DNA of 64,000 bases from Bugula neritina (GCA_964035545.1 OZ037768.1:24523319-24587318); one strand, 5' to 3'; shown: positions 1 to 15,200, counted from the stretch's first letter. Numbers and translations are program-made. Notes: generated by a model not told the origin, from the sequence alone.

Positions 1-289
1 CAATCAACACCGATAAATAATCAAGGTTCTTTTTAATTTTGATTGATTTTCCATGTTTTTTCTCAACTTTTCAGCTACTTTTGATGGCAGACCGTTACGA
101 AAAAAACCATAACGGTCTGCAATCAAAATTAGCTGAAAAGTTAGGAAAAAACATGGAAAATCAATCAAAATTAAAAAGAACCTTGATTATTTATCGGTGT
201 TGATTGACATTTAACTAGTTTTGGGCAAAAACCCATGTTCATTAGCAGCTATATTGTAAAAAATAGCTAAAAGCTGGAGGTTTACAGTG
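1..289. mobile_element. Palindromic MITE-like element, left end outside window
   Basis: 1-97 is a near-perfect reverse complement of 110-206; right arm continues to TTTACAGTG at 281-289 (CACTG-type terminus as in animal CACTA/EnSpm-like elements). Confidence 0.7.
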
Positions 290-353
290 TGTACTAAATT
301 AAGTAAAATGACCCACTACTCAGTGACTACTCTTACTAGCCGGGGTAGCTCAC

Positions 354-391
354 CCAAGAAGTAAAGAAAGTTCTTTCAGTGTGAGAGACAT
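354..391 (-). CDS. Possible first coding exon of a gene continuing off the left edge (MSLTLKELSLLLG)
   Basis: Acceptor TTTTTAG at ~464, ATG at 391 in ACCATG context, donor GG|GTGAG at 353. Too short to identify. Confidence 0.35.
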
Positions 392-2048
392 GGTAGACAA
401 CTCTTAAAACTGCTTCAAAACTGCTACAAGCTATGAAGAAAGTTGCACTGGAAACATCACATGCTAAAAATAGAAGCATACCAATAAGTATAACATAGTA
501 AAATACAAACTGATAAAAAAGAATAGTGTAACTCAACTACTACTCCACTAACATTGTGATTATTTTACAACCACGCACTGTTGACAATACGAAGACAGCA
601 GTAGCAACTAGTACTACAACTATTACCTCATGCTCATATTCATATTGATTTACCACTCACAGTAACTACTAGTACTAACTATTCGTGGCGATAGTCATTA
701 CAAATATAATTAGTAATTACGTCTGCCAGCTGCAAAATCTACAACCTATAATGACAATATGTAAAACTGAAAGTGATACTCATTTTCATAGTATCATCTC
801 ATACGACTCATAGTCTTACTCATACTGATACAGTTTCAGCTTGAGTTTGACTTTCACTTTGAGTTACATAATCATAATCATAATGACTCAACTTCCCTAA
901 TAGTAATTCGAATTTACTTTTAAAAAACCGTTAGGCATGAGCAAAAATATACAATTTAAGTAACTTATGCGAATAAAATTGAATGCAACAAATATCAATG
1001 TGAATGGGTGCTAAACATTTACTTTTAGTTTTAGTGACTTACTAAGTCTAACACTAGTTTAAGTTGCAACTCAATTCAGTTGAACATGTAAGTTACTTAG
1101 ATTCCGTACTCCAAACGCGCAAGATGACAAAGCGCATATTGCTATGAGAAAACGCATAAAAATGTAAGGTTTTTATGTTAATCTGTTTACCTGCAGCCCT
1201 AACTTTATTACACACCGGCGATAGAAGAAAAATCGCCAACTGAAACTTCCATTAAACGCATTTAATTTGAATTAATACTAATTTTACTAATAGTAATACT
1301 AATAGCCATTTGCGAGTATCGCTGCAACTCCAAAGCTGTTTGGAATCTGTCAGTAAGTGTAACTTTAAAATTGATTTGAAGGTTATTATTTTGGACTACG
1401 CGGTTACTGCTAATTCTGCATAGTCATAAATCATAAACTTAAAGTTAAACACTAAAACTAAAAGTAAATGTGCTGTTTTGCAAATTTATTGTAAAATTAA
1501 ATAATTAATCTGATTTTTAATTTACTAAAAGTAAATCACTAAATTATTTAGTGATTTACTTTTAGTTTTACTTCTAATGACTTACTTTTTAGTCACACTG
1601 ATACTGATAGTGATACTCATTGCAGTTACTGATTAGTGATTCACTGATTGAGTCATTCACTCATTGGCCTTTGCAGTCATGGGCCATGGGTCATTAGTGA
1701 TTATTCATTACTCATGAGTCATTAGGCTTACTCTTAGTTTTAGTGATTTTGATTTAGTTTTGCTTAAAGTAAATCACAAAATCATTATCACTAAATCATC
1801 TTAAATAATTTACCTATTAGTATTAACAATAGTTTTATTTTTTTATTTTTAGTTTTGCTTTTAGTAATTGGAATAGCTTCAAGGTTAAGATTGCAATGTT
1901 GAACTTTAAGTTGAAAGCATACGAGTTCAAGTTGTGACGTAGTCGCACTCATTGAATTAGTGGTTTTCTAAAATCTCCCTTGTACGCACATTATCAGAAT
2001 GATTATGCATACTTGACTTTGTACTTGTAGCGCTGTAAGCTATAGAGC

Positions 2049-3449
2049 ATGGGTTGGTGGCCATCTGTGACAGTTCAGCTGCTGTTGCTATGCAACGTAG
2101 TGCTAAGCAGAGCTGCACTGAATGTCATCTGGTCTGTCAATGCTGGTGGTGAGAGACACACTGACAGCTCAGGGATAAAGTACAATAAGGACACAGCCGC
2201 AGTTGGGGAGGCATCAGATTACGGGAGAACTATGACAATCTTCAGAGTGCCACAGCAAGATCAGATCCTCTATCAAACTGAGAGGTATCACACATCCGAC
2301 TTCAGCTACAACATTCCTCTAAAGGATGATGGCGACTACGTGCTTGTGCTGAAGTTTAGTGAAGTCTGGTTCAACGCCGCCCACCAGAAGGTCTGTCTGT
2401 TTGTCCCTAGTTTCTCTAAACTTGAAATTCTGCTCACCAGAACATCTACTAAGCAAAGTTATTCACAACCTGCTAATACTTCGTCTGTATGTTGTTATGT
2501 GTATCCATTATTTGATCTCTTCATGCCACTAGGTGTTTAATGTCCAACTGAATGGTGAAGACGTCGTGGAGCAGCTAGACATCTATAAAGAAGTGGGCAG
2601 AGGCGTGGCCCACGATGAAATCATTCCTTTCAAAGTAAAGAGCAAAAAGCTGATAGTTAATGGAAAGAAGTCAGACATAGTAGGGAAGTCTGTGAGCCTG
2701 ACGTTAGTCAAGGTGAGTTGAATGACAGTCACTACTCACAGTTACTACTCTAAGTCACTACTCTCAGTCACTACTCACAGTCACTACTCACAGTCTCTGT
2801 GCATATCTTACTGTTGGAGTTGTGTTCACCGCCAGATTTGTACTTTCAGGGATATCATGACAATCCCAAGCTGAACGCAGCGTATGTGGCCAAAGCAGCA
2901 GTAGAAGGTAATGTTACATAATATGCTAAACCTGCTGATACATAGTAATATTCTGCAAATAGGGGTGGCTCAGTAGTACTATAAATACTCTGCCAGGAGT
3001 TGTCATAACTCGACTCTCTATTTCAGTTGTTTGCTCCTGTGCTGTGAATATAGATAGTTGTATTTAGGTGTGTATTATATATTGTATATTGTATTACAAT
3101 GTATTATATATTGTATTACATTGTATTATATATTGTATTACATTGTATTATATATTGTATTACAATGTATTATATATTGTATTATATTGTATTATATATT
3201 ATATATTGTATAGAAATTCCAACTCTGCCCCCCCTGGACACCCCGGAGGAGGAAGACGAGCTAGAGGATGAGGGAGATGGGGAGCCCCTACAGAAGCCCC
3301 CCAAACCAGATGATAAGATAAGGAAACATACCTCCGGCCCCAAAGTGCAGAACCCCTACGCCGTATCTGACTCCACTTCTTACATCATACCAATATTTGC
3401 TGCTGTTGCTGCCTTTGTACCACTTCTATACTGTCTATGTAAGATATAG
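2049..3449 (+). CDS. MLEC: Malectin; exons 2049-2390, 2533-2712, 2850-2907, 3214-3449
   Basis: Signal peptide, VNAGG, ASDYG, LYQTERY, LVLKFSEVWF, HDEIIPF, DNPKLNA, acidic stretch, SGPKVQNPY and C-terminal TM ending LYCLCKI; GT-AG junctions keep frame. Confidence 0.95.
3070..3210. repeat. Intronic ATTGTATTATAT-type tandem repeat abutting MLEC last acceptor
   Basis: Directly visible; ends at TAG 3211-3213. Confidence 0.85.
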
Positions 3450-5057
3450 CAGCAATAAATAAGTGTTAATATTGTTTTTTTGTTTCAGTTTTATCATATC
3501 TAACGGCTGTTGATTGGCAATAAGCTATCAAGATGCTTCATCAAGTTGCCTTGTTGCTGTAAGCAAAGTTTCATCAGGCCTATATAGTCTACATAGTTTT
3601 ACCTACACAAACTCTCCTCCTATCTTTTGAATGCAATATCTCTACATGCACAGCCTAAACACAGCATAGCCCCACACAGAGCACCCTTTAATCCACTTGA
3701 CATTCTATATTGTGCTTCAGCTAGATTCTAGTGTTCTGTTTCTCTAAGGTTAGCGTAATCAGAGCTACAAATTGGTATCTAGTAAACCATGTCACCAGTA
3801 GCTAAGTTATATTTATTCACTGTTTCTGCATGGAGCCACTGCTAAACCAATCACATGTTGATGTTTGTCACTGGAAGACTCTGATTGGCTTAGCAGTCGC
3901 TTTAATATATGGAAAGACGGTGGTTGTCTTCTCATGTATAGTTTGCCTGTCTATAGCGACTGTAATTATATTTATTAGTTGATAGCCAATGGTCTTGTTT
4001 CTATTTAATTGTTGACTAAATTTTCTGAAACAATAAATACAGTAGTTAAAGTTAAAACAAATTTCTATGTTATTATCCAGCATTTTTTTAATTAAAATCT
4101 TCAAAGAGCATTTGAATATAGTATTTGAAATATAATGTACATTGATATTAGTATTCAGTGAATATCATGGCTACAATGATCGCAGATGCTAGATATTCTC
4201 GGTTATATGAAGGCCTGTGACGCAAGCAGATTATTCAACTGCATAATTGTTCTATAAGCATTGGTTCGAAATCGAAGAAAAAGTAGTCTACCGGTTTTGG
4301 AGTTGTCCTCTTTGTAGTTTGTCGGTCGTTTCTAAGTTGAGCAAATGACTGGAAACATGAAATTTGATGGCTTCATGAAAATCATAGAACAGGTTTAAAA
4401 ATTATTTCAAGTATTGTACAGAAAGAGAGAGGAGGAAGGAACACCTTTCTTGATGCTATCTGTGGTATTGTGTAAATTATAAAGTGAGAAATGTAGAAAA
4501 CAAGAATATAAATTTATTTTTAAAACATTTGATATGGGAAATAAAGGTAAAACAATTCAGGAATATATTATAGAACTTAAAATGGCACAAAAAGAGATTA
4601 ATAACAGAACGCTATAATCTATTACACTATACAAGATATTATATTATATGATAATAATATGTAATGGTAAAATAGAAGTATTTGGAAGTAAAAATAAAAA
4701 GACAAAAGTTAGAGTTCTGCTACAGACCTTCCCTTAGTAGACACTTGAAGTATATAGAGAGGAGTAAATGTTACACCTTATGTCTAAAGTAAAACTGATT
4801 ATATAATATCCTGTAAGATTGCATATAAAATAATAGCAGTCTAACAGTGATAACTATACTAGTATCAAAGCTCTATGTTCTGTGTGTTGGCTGTTTGATA
4901 GAGGAAATCTCATTCAAACATTTATTATAAAACTGAGCAGAATCAGTCATTCCATTCAATCTTCACCAAAAATTTCATAGATGCAGTAGAATGTATTAAT
5001 GAATGGTCCCGAATGAAATGTAATACAAAATTTACTACACTGCTAATTCTGATGATG

Positions 5058-8000
5058 TCACTGGTTTGTGTGGTCATCTTCCGGAGGTGCAGGTACAGCA
5101 TCTTCGTCTGATTGCTGATTGGTTGCCTGAGCTCTACCATCATCTGGCTGCTTTTCTACAATATTACATATAGAGTAGAGTTAGTATGAATATATAGTAT
5201 AGTATATAGAGTAGAGTTAGTATGAATATATAGTATAGTATATAGAGTGGAGTTAGTATGAATATATAGTATAGTATATAGAGTAGAGTTAGTATGAATA
5301 TATAGTATAGTATATAGAGTAGAGTTAGTATGAATATATAGTATAGTATATAGAGTATAGTTAGTATGAATATATAGTATAGTATATAGAGTATAGTTAG
5401 TATGAATATATAGTATAGTATATAGAGTATAGTTAGTATGAATATATAGTATAGTATATAGAGTAGAGTTAGTATGAATATATAGTATAGTATATAGAGT
5501 AGAGTTAGTATGAATATATAGTATAGTATATAGAGTAGAGTTAGTATGAATATATAGTATAGTATATAGAGTAGAGTTAGTATGAATATATAGTATAGTA
5601 TATAGAGTAGAGTTAGTATGAATATATAGTATAGTATATAAAGTATTCACCTAATATTCCAGGTACACCGGGTACCTCTTCATGGACGTCTGTAATAAAC
5701 AAATAGCCAGATTACTCAAGTGTAAAGAGATGAAACAACAAACAAGGTGTAACTCATGCATGCTTAGGAGATGTAAGCAACAATTAAAAACGATGCCCAA
5801 ACATTTGTTTCTAAAGAAATTAAACTGATACGATAGAACTCACCATTCCTGAGTTGGCGAATCTGACAGCGATTGGCAGCAGATAAACCTGCATCATAAA
5901 CAGAATTGCAAATAAATCCCGCTTGAATTTGTACATTAAAAATTAGAGTTTAGCATACCTGATCTTAGTGTAGTGTAGATATATCACTCTACACTACACA
6001 GTATATACACTGAGCTCTACACTATACAGTATATACACTGAGCTCTACACTATACAGTATACACACTGAGCTCTACACTATACAGTATATACACTGAGCT
6101 CTACACTACACAGTATATACACTGAGCTCTACACTACACAGTATACACACTGAGCTCTACACTATACAGTATATACACTGAGCTCTACACTACACAGTAT
6201 ACACACTGAGCTCTACACTATACAGTATATACACTGAGCTCTACACTATACAGTATATACACTGAGCTCTACACTATACAGTATATACACTGAGCTCTAC
6301 ACTATACAGTATATACACTGAGCTCTACACTACACAGTATACACACTGAGCTCTACACTATACAGTATATACACTGAGCTCTACACTATACAGTATATAC
6401 ACTGAGCTCTACACTATACAGTATACACACTGAGCTCTACACTATACAGTATATACACTGAGCTCTACACTATACAGTATATACACTGAGCTCTACACTA
6501 TACAGTATACACACTGAGCTCTACACTATACAGTATATACACTGAGCTCTACACTACACAGTATATACACTGAGCTCTACACTATACAGTATATACACTG
6601 AGCTCTACACTATACAGTATATACACTGAGCTCTACACTATACAGTATATACACTGAGCTCTACACTACACAGTATATACACTGAGCTCTACACTATACA
6701 GTATACACACTGAGCTCTACACTATACAGTATATACACTGAGCTCTACACTACACAGTATACACACTGAGCTCTACACTATACAGTATATACACTGAGCT
6801 CTACACTATACAGTATATACACTGAGCTCTACACTATACAGTATATACACTGAGCTCTTACCTTCAGAAAATTCTCTCATATTACTCTCAGACTGTGAGA
6901 TTCGGATGTTTACTTCTACAATCAGCAAGTCATGTGAGTATACAGTATATGTGAGTATATAGTATATGTGAGTATATAGTATATGTGAGTATATAGTATG
7001 TGTGAGTATATAGTAAATGTGAGTATATAGTATATGTGAGTATATAGTATATGTGAGTATATAGTATATGTGAGTATATAGTATATGTGAGTATATAGTA
7101 TATGTGAGTATATAGTATATGTGAGTATATAGTATATGTGAGTATATAGTATATGTGAGTATATAGTATATGTGAGTATATAGTATATGTGAGTGTAGAG
7201 ATACTAACCACTGAATTCACTTGCTACTTGAAACTCAAAAGCTGATTGACTTTCTTTCATCGCTGAAAAATAGAATACAATATATTGAGTATATATAGTA
7301 TATGTTGAGTATATATAGCATATGTTGAGTATATATAGTATATGTTGATAGAACTACTTAAACATGTGTTGAGATGAAGTCAACACCTGAAATTTCACAT
7401 TCACTGGCATCTTGTCTTTCTTTAGTTTCTCGGTGCATCTCTGTGAGGGTTTCGGCTTTTTCCTGTAAATCTGTAATTCCAGAAAATCAAAACATTAATC
7501 TCTACTTGTGTCATTTGACAGTAATTTTCAACAGTAGATAGCAGTATCAACAGTAGATAGCAGTATCAACAGTAGATAGCAGTATCAACAGTAGAGAGCA
7601 GTATCAACAGTACATAGCAGTATCAACAGTAGATAGCAGTATCAACAGTAGATAGCAGTATCAACAGTAGATAGCAGTATCAACAGTAGATAGCAGTATC
7701 AACAGTAGCTAGCAGTATCAACAGTAGAGAGCAGTATCAACAGTAGATAGCAATATCAACAGTAGATGGCAGTATCAACAGTAGATGGCAGTATCAGCAG
7801 TAGATGGCAGTATCAACAGTAGATGGCAGTATCAACAGTAGATAGCAGTATCAACAGTAGATAGCAGTATCAACAGCAGATAGCAGTATCAACAGTAGAT
7901 AGCAGTATCAACAGTAGATAGCAGTATCAACAGTACATAGCAGTATCAACAGTAGATAGCAGTATCAACAGTAGATAGCAGTATCAACAGTAGATAGCAG

Positions 8001-9128
8001 TATCAACAGTAGATAGCAGTATCAACAGTAGATAGCAGTATCAACAGTACATAGCAGTATCAACAGTAGATAGCAGTATCAACAGTAGATAGCAGTATCA
8101 ACAGTAGAGAGCAGTATCAACAGTACATAGCAGTATCAACAGTAGATAGCAGTATCAACAGTAGATAGCAGTATCAACAGTAGATAGCAGTATCAACAGT
8201 AGATAGCAGTATCAACAGTAGCTAGCAGTATCAACAGTAGAGAGCAGTATCAACAGTAGATAGCAATATCAACAGTAGAGAGCAGTATCAACAGTAGATG
8301 GCAGTATCAGCAGTAGATGGCAGTATCAACAGTAGATGGCAGTATCAACAGTAGATAGCAGTATCAACAGTAGATAGCAGTATCAACAGCAGATAGCAGT
8401 ATCAACAGTAGATAGCAGTATCAACAGTAGATAGCAGTATCAACAGTACATAGCAGTATCAACAGTAGATAGCAGTATCAACAGTAGATAGCAGTATCAA
8501 CAGTAGATAGCAGTATCAACAGTAGATAGCAGTATCAACAGTAGATAGCAGTATCAACAGTACATAGCAGTATCAACAGTAGATAGCAGTATCAACAGTA
8601 GATAGCAGTATCAACAGTAGATAGCAGTATCAACAGTAGAGAGCAATATCAACAGTAGATAGCAGTATCAACAGTAGATAGCAGTATCAACAGTAGATAG
8701 CAGTATCAACAGTACATAGCAGTATCAACAGTACATAGCAGTATCAACAGTAGAGAGCAGTATCAACAGTAGCTAGCAGTATCAACAGTACATAGCAGTA
8801 TCAACAGTAGATAGCAATATCAACAGCGAAGAGAAGCATTCTTGGCATACATCAACTATACTGTAAGCAAACTAAGCTAGGGCAAAGCATTCACTGAGTA
8901 TAATATGCATACCAACGATATCTCGCTTATCTTTCACTCTGCCAGTTTCCAAGTTTGCAAGTTGCTTCCCCTGCTCGTTCATAGACCTGTTCAGCTCTGT
9001 AAGGAGACGTTAGGCAGGCTTTAAGCTACCAACCTTCTATTATTGTTACGTAGAGAAAAAGGGGGAGAGAGAGAGGGAGGGAGGGAGGGAGGGAGAGGGT
9101 GAGAGAGAGAGGGGGGAGGGAGAGGGGG

Positions 9129-9205
<77 letters not shown>

Positions 9206-12200
9206 AGAGAAGGAGGGAGGGAGAGGGAGAGGGAGAGAAAGAGGGAGAGGGAGAGGGAGAGAAAGAGGGAGAGGGTGAGAGCTGGAAGGGGGGAGGGAGA
9301 GAGGGAGGGAGGGGGAGGAAGGGGGAGAGGGAGAGGGGTGAACATGATTTAGTAAGGATCAGTTAAACGGAGAACATAAAAGAAATTGTCTCACCATCAC
9401 GCTGCCTTTGACTATGCTCTTTTTCTTCTGAAACAAGAAAAAGTGGAAGAGATGACTTGATGTTATATTCATAGACCAACTATGAAATGTTGACATCACA
9501 AAAAACACTTTCAATATGATAACATATTTAGAATGCTCAATAGTTGTACAGCGAGTAACAAACCTTCATGGGCTTCTGTTAAACCGCTCAACTTTTCATC
9601 AGTATTGTCATTGCGAGAACTCAAGGCTACAGCAACAAAGGCAGCAGATATTTCACAGGAAGGAAATAACTAAATCTCTTAAGAGAAAGAGGCAGCATTC
9701 AAGAGAAAGTTTGTCACTTAGCACTGAGGATTACTTACTAGAAATCTGCCTGTCCAAACTCTCTTCTCTTTTCTTCTTTTCACTTTCAGCTAAACACATT
9801 TCATATAGTAATCTCTTAGTAGAATACATTTCATATAGTAATCTCTTAGAAGAATACATTTCATACAGTAATCTCTTAGTAGAATACATTTCATACAGTA
9901 ATCTCTTAGTAGAACACATTTCATATAGTAATCTCTTAGTAGAATACATTTCATACAGTAATCTCTTAGTAGAATACATTTCATACAGTAATCTCTTAGT
10001 AGAATACATTTCATACAGTAATCTCTTAGTAGAATACATTTCATACAGTAATCTCTTAGAAGAACACATTTCATACAGTAATCTCTTAGTAGAATACATT
10101 TCATACAGTAATCTCTTAGTAGAATACATTTCATACAGTAATCTCTTAGTAGAATACATTTCATACAGTAATCTCTTAGTAGAATACATTTCATACAGTA
10201 ATCTCTTAGTAGAATACATTTCACATAGTAATCTCTTAGTAGAATACATTTCATACAGTAATCTCTTAAAAGAATACATTTCATACAGTAATCTCTTAGT
10301 AGAATACATTTCATACAGTAATCTCTTAGAAGAATACATTTCATACAGTAATCTCTTAGTAGAATACATTTCATACAGTAATCTCTTAGTAGAATACATT
10401 TCATACAGTAATCTCTTAGTAGAATACATTTCATACAGTAATCTCTTAGTAGAATACATTTCATACAGTAATCTCTTAGTAGAATACATTTCATACAGTA
10501 ATCTCTTAGTAGAATACATTTCATACAGTAATCTCTTAGTAGAATACATTTCATACAGTAATCTCTTAGTAGAATACATTTCATACAGTAATCTCTTAGT
10601 AGAATACATTTCATACAGTAATCTCTTAGTAGAATACATTTCATACAGTAATCTCTTAGTAGAATACATTTCATATAGTAATCTCTTAGTAGAATACATT
10701 TCATATAGTAATCTCTTAGTAGAATACATTTCATACAGTAATCTCTTAGTAGAATACATTTCATACAGTAATCTCTTAGTAGAATACATTTCATATAGTA
10801 ATCTCTTAGTAGAATACATTTCATATAGTAATCTCTTAGTAGAATACATTTCATATAGTAATCTCTTAGTAGAATACATTTCATACAGTAATCTCTTAGT
10901 AGAATACATTTCATACAGTAATCTCTTAGTAGAATACATTTCATATAGTAATCTCTTAGTAGAATACATTTCACATAGTAATCTCTTAGTAGAACACATT
11001 TCATACAGTAATCTCTTAGTAGAATACATTTCATATAGTAATCTCTTAGTAGAATACATTTCACATAGTAATCTCTTAGTAGAATACATTTCATATAGTA
11101 ATCTCTTAGTAAAACACATTTCATACAGTAATCTCTTAGTAGAATACATTTCATACAGTAATCTCTTAGTAGAATACATTTCATACAGTAATCTCTTAGT
11201 AGAATACATTTCATATAGTAATCTCTTAGTAGAATACATTTCATACAGTAATCTCTTAGTAGAATACATTTCATACAGTAATCTCTTAGTAGAATACATT
11301 TCATACAGTAATCTCTTAGTAGAACACATTTCATATAGTAATCTCTTAGTAGAATACATTTCATATAGTAATCTCTTAGTAGAATACATTTCATATAGTA
11401 ATCTCTTAGTAGAATACATTTCATATAGTAATCTCTTAGTAGAATACATTTCATATAGTAATCTCTTAGTAGAATACATTTCATACAGTAATCTCTTAGT
11501 AGAATACATTTCATACAGTAATCTCTTAGTAGAATACATTTCATATAGTAATCTCTTAGAAGAATACATTTCATATAGTAATCTCTTAGTAGAATACATT
11601 TCATATAGTAATCTCTTAGTAGAATACATTTCATATAGTAATCTCTTAGAAGAATACATTTCATATAGTAATCTCTTAGTAGAATACATTTCATACAGTA
11701 ATCTCTTAGTAGAATACATTTCATATAGTAATCTCTTAGTAGAATACATTTCATACAGTAATCTCTTAGTAGAACACATTTCATATAGTAATCTCTTAGT
11801 AGAATACATTTCATATAGTAATCTCTTAGTAGAATACATTTCATATAGTAATCTCTTAGAAAAACACATTTCATATAGTAATCTCTTAGTAGAATACATT
11901 TCATATAGTAATCTCTTAGTAGAATACATTTCATATAGTAATCTCTTAGTAGAATACATTTCATATAGTAATCTCTTAGAAAAACACATTTCATATAGTA
12001 ATCTCTTAGTAGAATACATTTCACATAGTAATCTCTTAGTAGAATACATTTCATATAGTAATCTCTTAGTAGAATACATTTCATACAGTAATCTCTTAGT
12101 AGAACACATTTCATATAGTAATCTCTTAGTAGAATACATTTGTTTGTTTGTTTGTTTGTATTTTCATCAAAATAGTAGTTTATGTCATAGTTTGAAAAAT

Positions 12201-15200
12201 AGAAAAAAATCAGTGATGAGGGTTCATATGCACAATAGCGAAGCTAGTCAAGGTGCTGGACCCAGAGGTAGCAGCCAGCAGAGCCCGCATGACGCGGACC
12301 CTAAATCAGTGAGTCAAGCAGGAACTGCTTCAAGGCCACCGCAAACTCACTCCTACTTCGTATCTCCCTCAGATATTTTGGGAGGGAGTTCCAGGCGTCG
12401 GCCATCTGATAGGTAACCTGTCTATGGCCACACGCAGTAGTGGAGAGTGGCAAGGGGAGACTGAGAGGAGCATGTCTGGTTGGGTAGGGAGGAAGGTAGT
12501 TAGATGCTAGGCGTAAAGAAAATTCAGAATGGGCGAGTAGACAAATTCGAAGTTTGTAGAGTTCATAAATTGGTAATATTTTAGATTCTTTATATAAAGG
12601 TGCTGCGTGAAATCGAGGTGGTTTGTGAAAAATTATACGAAGTAGTCTATTTTGAATAGTTAAAATTTTATCTAGGTAAATGGATGGGGCATTGCCCCAG
12701 GCTTCTAAGCAATATACAATTTTACTATTAATTAGGCTATTATATAATAGAATTAAAGCTTTGCGAGGTAGGAAGGTGGAAGCTACATAGATCAGTCCCA
12801 GATTTTGGCGTAGTGTATTTCGAAGGTTTTCAATATGGGTAGCCCAATTTAAATTTTTATCAATTGTGATTCCTAGAAATTTGATTGATTCTGCATTGTT
12901 AATTTCGGTATTGTTTATAAAAAGAGGTTGGGAGATATGAAATTTATTTTGCGGATTCTTAATAATAATAAAATTTGTCTTTTCGATGTTCAGGGTTAAT
13001 TTGTTTGTGAAGCACCAGATCTTTATTTTTTCAAGATTTCTATTTATTGTTTGAATTTCGTCATTAAGATTTTTGCTATGAAAAAAAGATTTGTGTCATC
13101 GGCAAATAAGATGGTGTTAAAGAATTGCGCACTTTTAATTAAGTCATTTATGTATAGTAGGAATAATGTAGGACCTAAAATCGAACCTTGCGGTACCCCA
13201 CAACTGATCTTTGGTGGAGCTGAGGTAACATGATTTAGGAAAACGCATTGAGTTCGGTCACTTAAATAGTGCTGTATTAGTTTGACAGACTCGTTAGAAA
13301 AATTTACACTACGCAGTTTTTTAGTGAGAATATGGTGATCTATTGTATCGAAAGCTTTTGAAAAGTCTATAAAAATTCCAAGGACAACCAAACTCGAGTT
13401 TAGGGCGGAAAACGCATTATTAGCAAATTTAATCAGGGCATCGTGAGTTCCCTTCAATTTTTGGAATCCGTATTGGGAGCTTGATATTATTTGTTCATCA
13501 TACAAATGATTTTGAATTTGGGTGTTGATAACTTTCTCGTAAATCTTTGAAAAAATAGGTAGGATCGATATAGGTCTATAATTATTTAAAGATAACTTAT
13601 TTCCTTTATGTTTGTATATAGGCAAAACTTTGGCGCTTTTCATTTTAGATGGTACGATACAGCTAAGGATAGAGTTGTTTATTATGTGTGTGAAAGAGGC
13701 CGCAAGAAAATCAGCACTATCTTTGACTAGTCTAGGAGCAATTCCATCTAGGCCTTCCGCTTTGTGCTCATTTATATTTTTCATCTGCTTTGAAACATCA
13801 TCCTCATCAACAATTGAAAATTCAAATTTTTTAAAGTTTTCTGTGAAGTTTGTTGCAGGGCTACTACATATTTCCGGGATTTTTTTAGCTAGATTGGAGC
13901 CAATTTCAGTAAAATATTTGTTAAACGAATAAGCTATTTCATACAGTAATCTCTTAGTAGAATACATTTCATATAGTAATCTCTTAGAATACATTTCATA
14001 CAGTAATCTCTTAGTAGAATACATTTCATACAGTAATCTCTTAGTAGAATACATTTCATACAGTAATCTCTTAGTAGAATACATTTCATATAGTAATCTC
14101 TTAGTAGAATACATTTCATATAGTAATCTCTTAGTAAAACACATTTCATACAGTAATCTCTTAGTAGAATACATTTCATACAGTAATCTCTTAGTAGAAT
14201 ACATTTCATACAGTAATCTCTTAGAAGAATACATTTCATATAGTAATCTCTTAGTAGAATACATTTCATACAGTAATCTCTTAGTAGAATACATTTCATA
14301 CAGTAATCTCTTAGTAGAATACATTTCATACAGTAATCTCTTAGTAGAATACATTTCATATAGTAATCTCTTAGTAGAATACATTTCATACAGTAATCTC
14401 TTAAAAGAATACATTTCATATAGTAATCTCTTAGTAGAATACATTTCATACAGTAATCTCTTAGAAGAATACATTTCATATAGTAATCTCTTAGTAGAAT
14501 ACATTTCATACAGTAATCTCTTAGTAGAATACATTTCATACAGTAATCTCTTAGTAGAATACATTTCATACAGTAATCTCTTAGTAGAATACATTTCATA
14601 CAGTAATCTCTTAGTAGAATACATTTCATACAGTAATCTCTTAGTAGAATACATTTCATACAGTAATCTCTTAGTAGAATACATTTCATACAGTAATCTC
14701 TTAGTAGAACACATTTCATATAGTAATCTCTTAGTAGAATACATTTCATACAGTAATCTCTTAGTAGAATACATTTCATACAGTAATCTCTTAGTAGAAT
14801 ACATTTCATATAGTAATCTCTTAGTAGAATACATTTCATACAGTAATCTCTTAGTAGAACACAACTTTAAGTAGCTTAGAAAAACAAATTACTATTCATA
14901 AGACTTATTATTGTATAATTAGAATTTTTACAAACCTGTTTTCACTTGATCCTGCAGCACTTTGTTTTCTAGAGTGAGTCATAAAACAAATGAGGCATCT
15001 ACTTTAAATAATAATAAATAGATAGAACAGCAACTACAGTAACTACGCAGTGACTACAGTAACTATACAGTGACTACACAGTGACTAGAGTAACTACACA
15101 GTAACTACACAGCAACTACACAGTAACTACACAGTGACTACACAGTGACTACACAGTAACTACACAGTAACTACACAGTGACTACACAGTGACTACACAG

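Noticed and set aside
4943-5143. 66-aa ORF as terminal exon
   Set aside because: Splice phase selects another frame ending at TGA 5060-5058.
9516-12416. 966-, 802- and 774-aa ORFs
   Set aside because: Translations of a 30-bp satellite lacking stops in several frames; lies inside an intron.
13044-14864. Apparent repeat-domain/reverse transcriptase fusion protein
   Set aside because: Chance in-frame junction between the satellite and a 5'-truncated LINE.
9790-14864. CRISPR-like array next to an RT
   Set aside because: Units are head-to-tail with no unique spacers, no cas genes, eukaryotic context.
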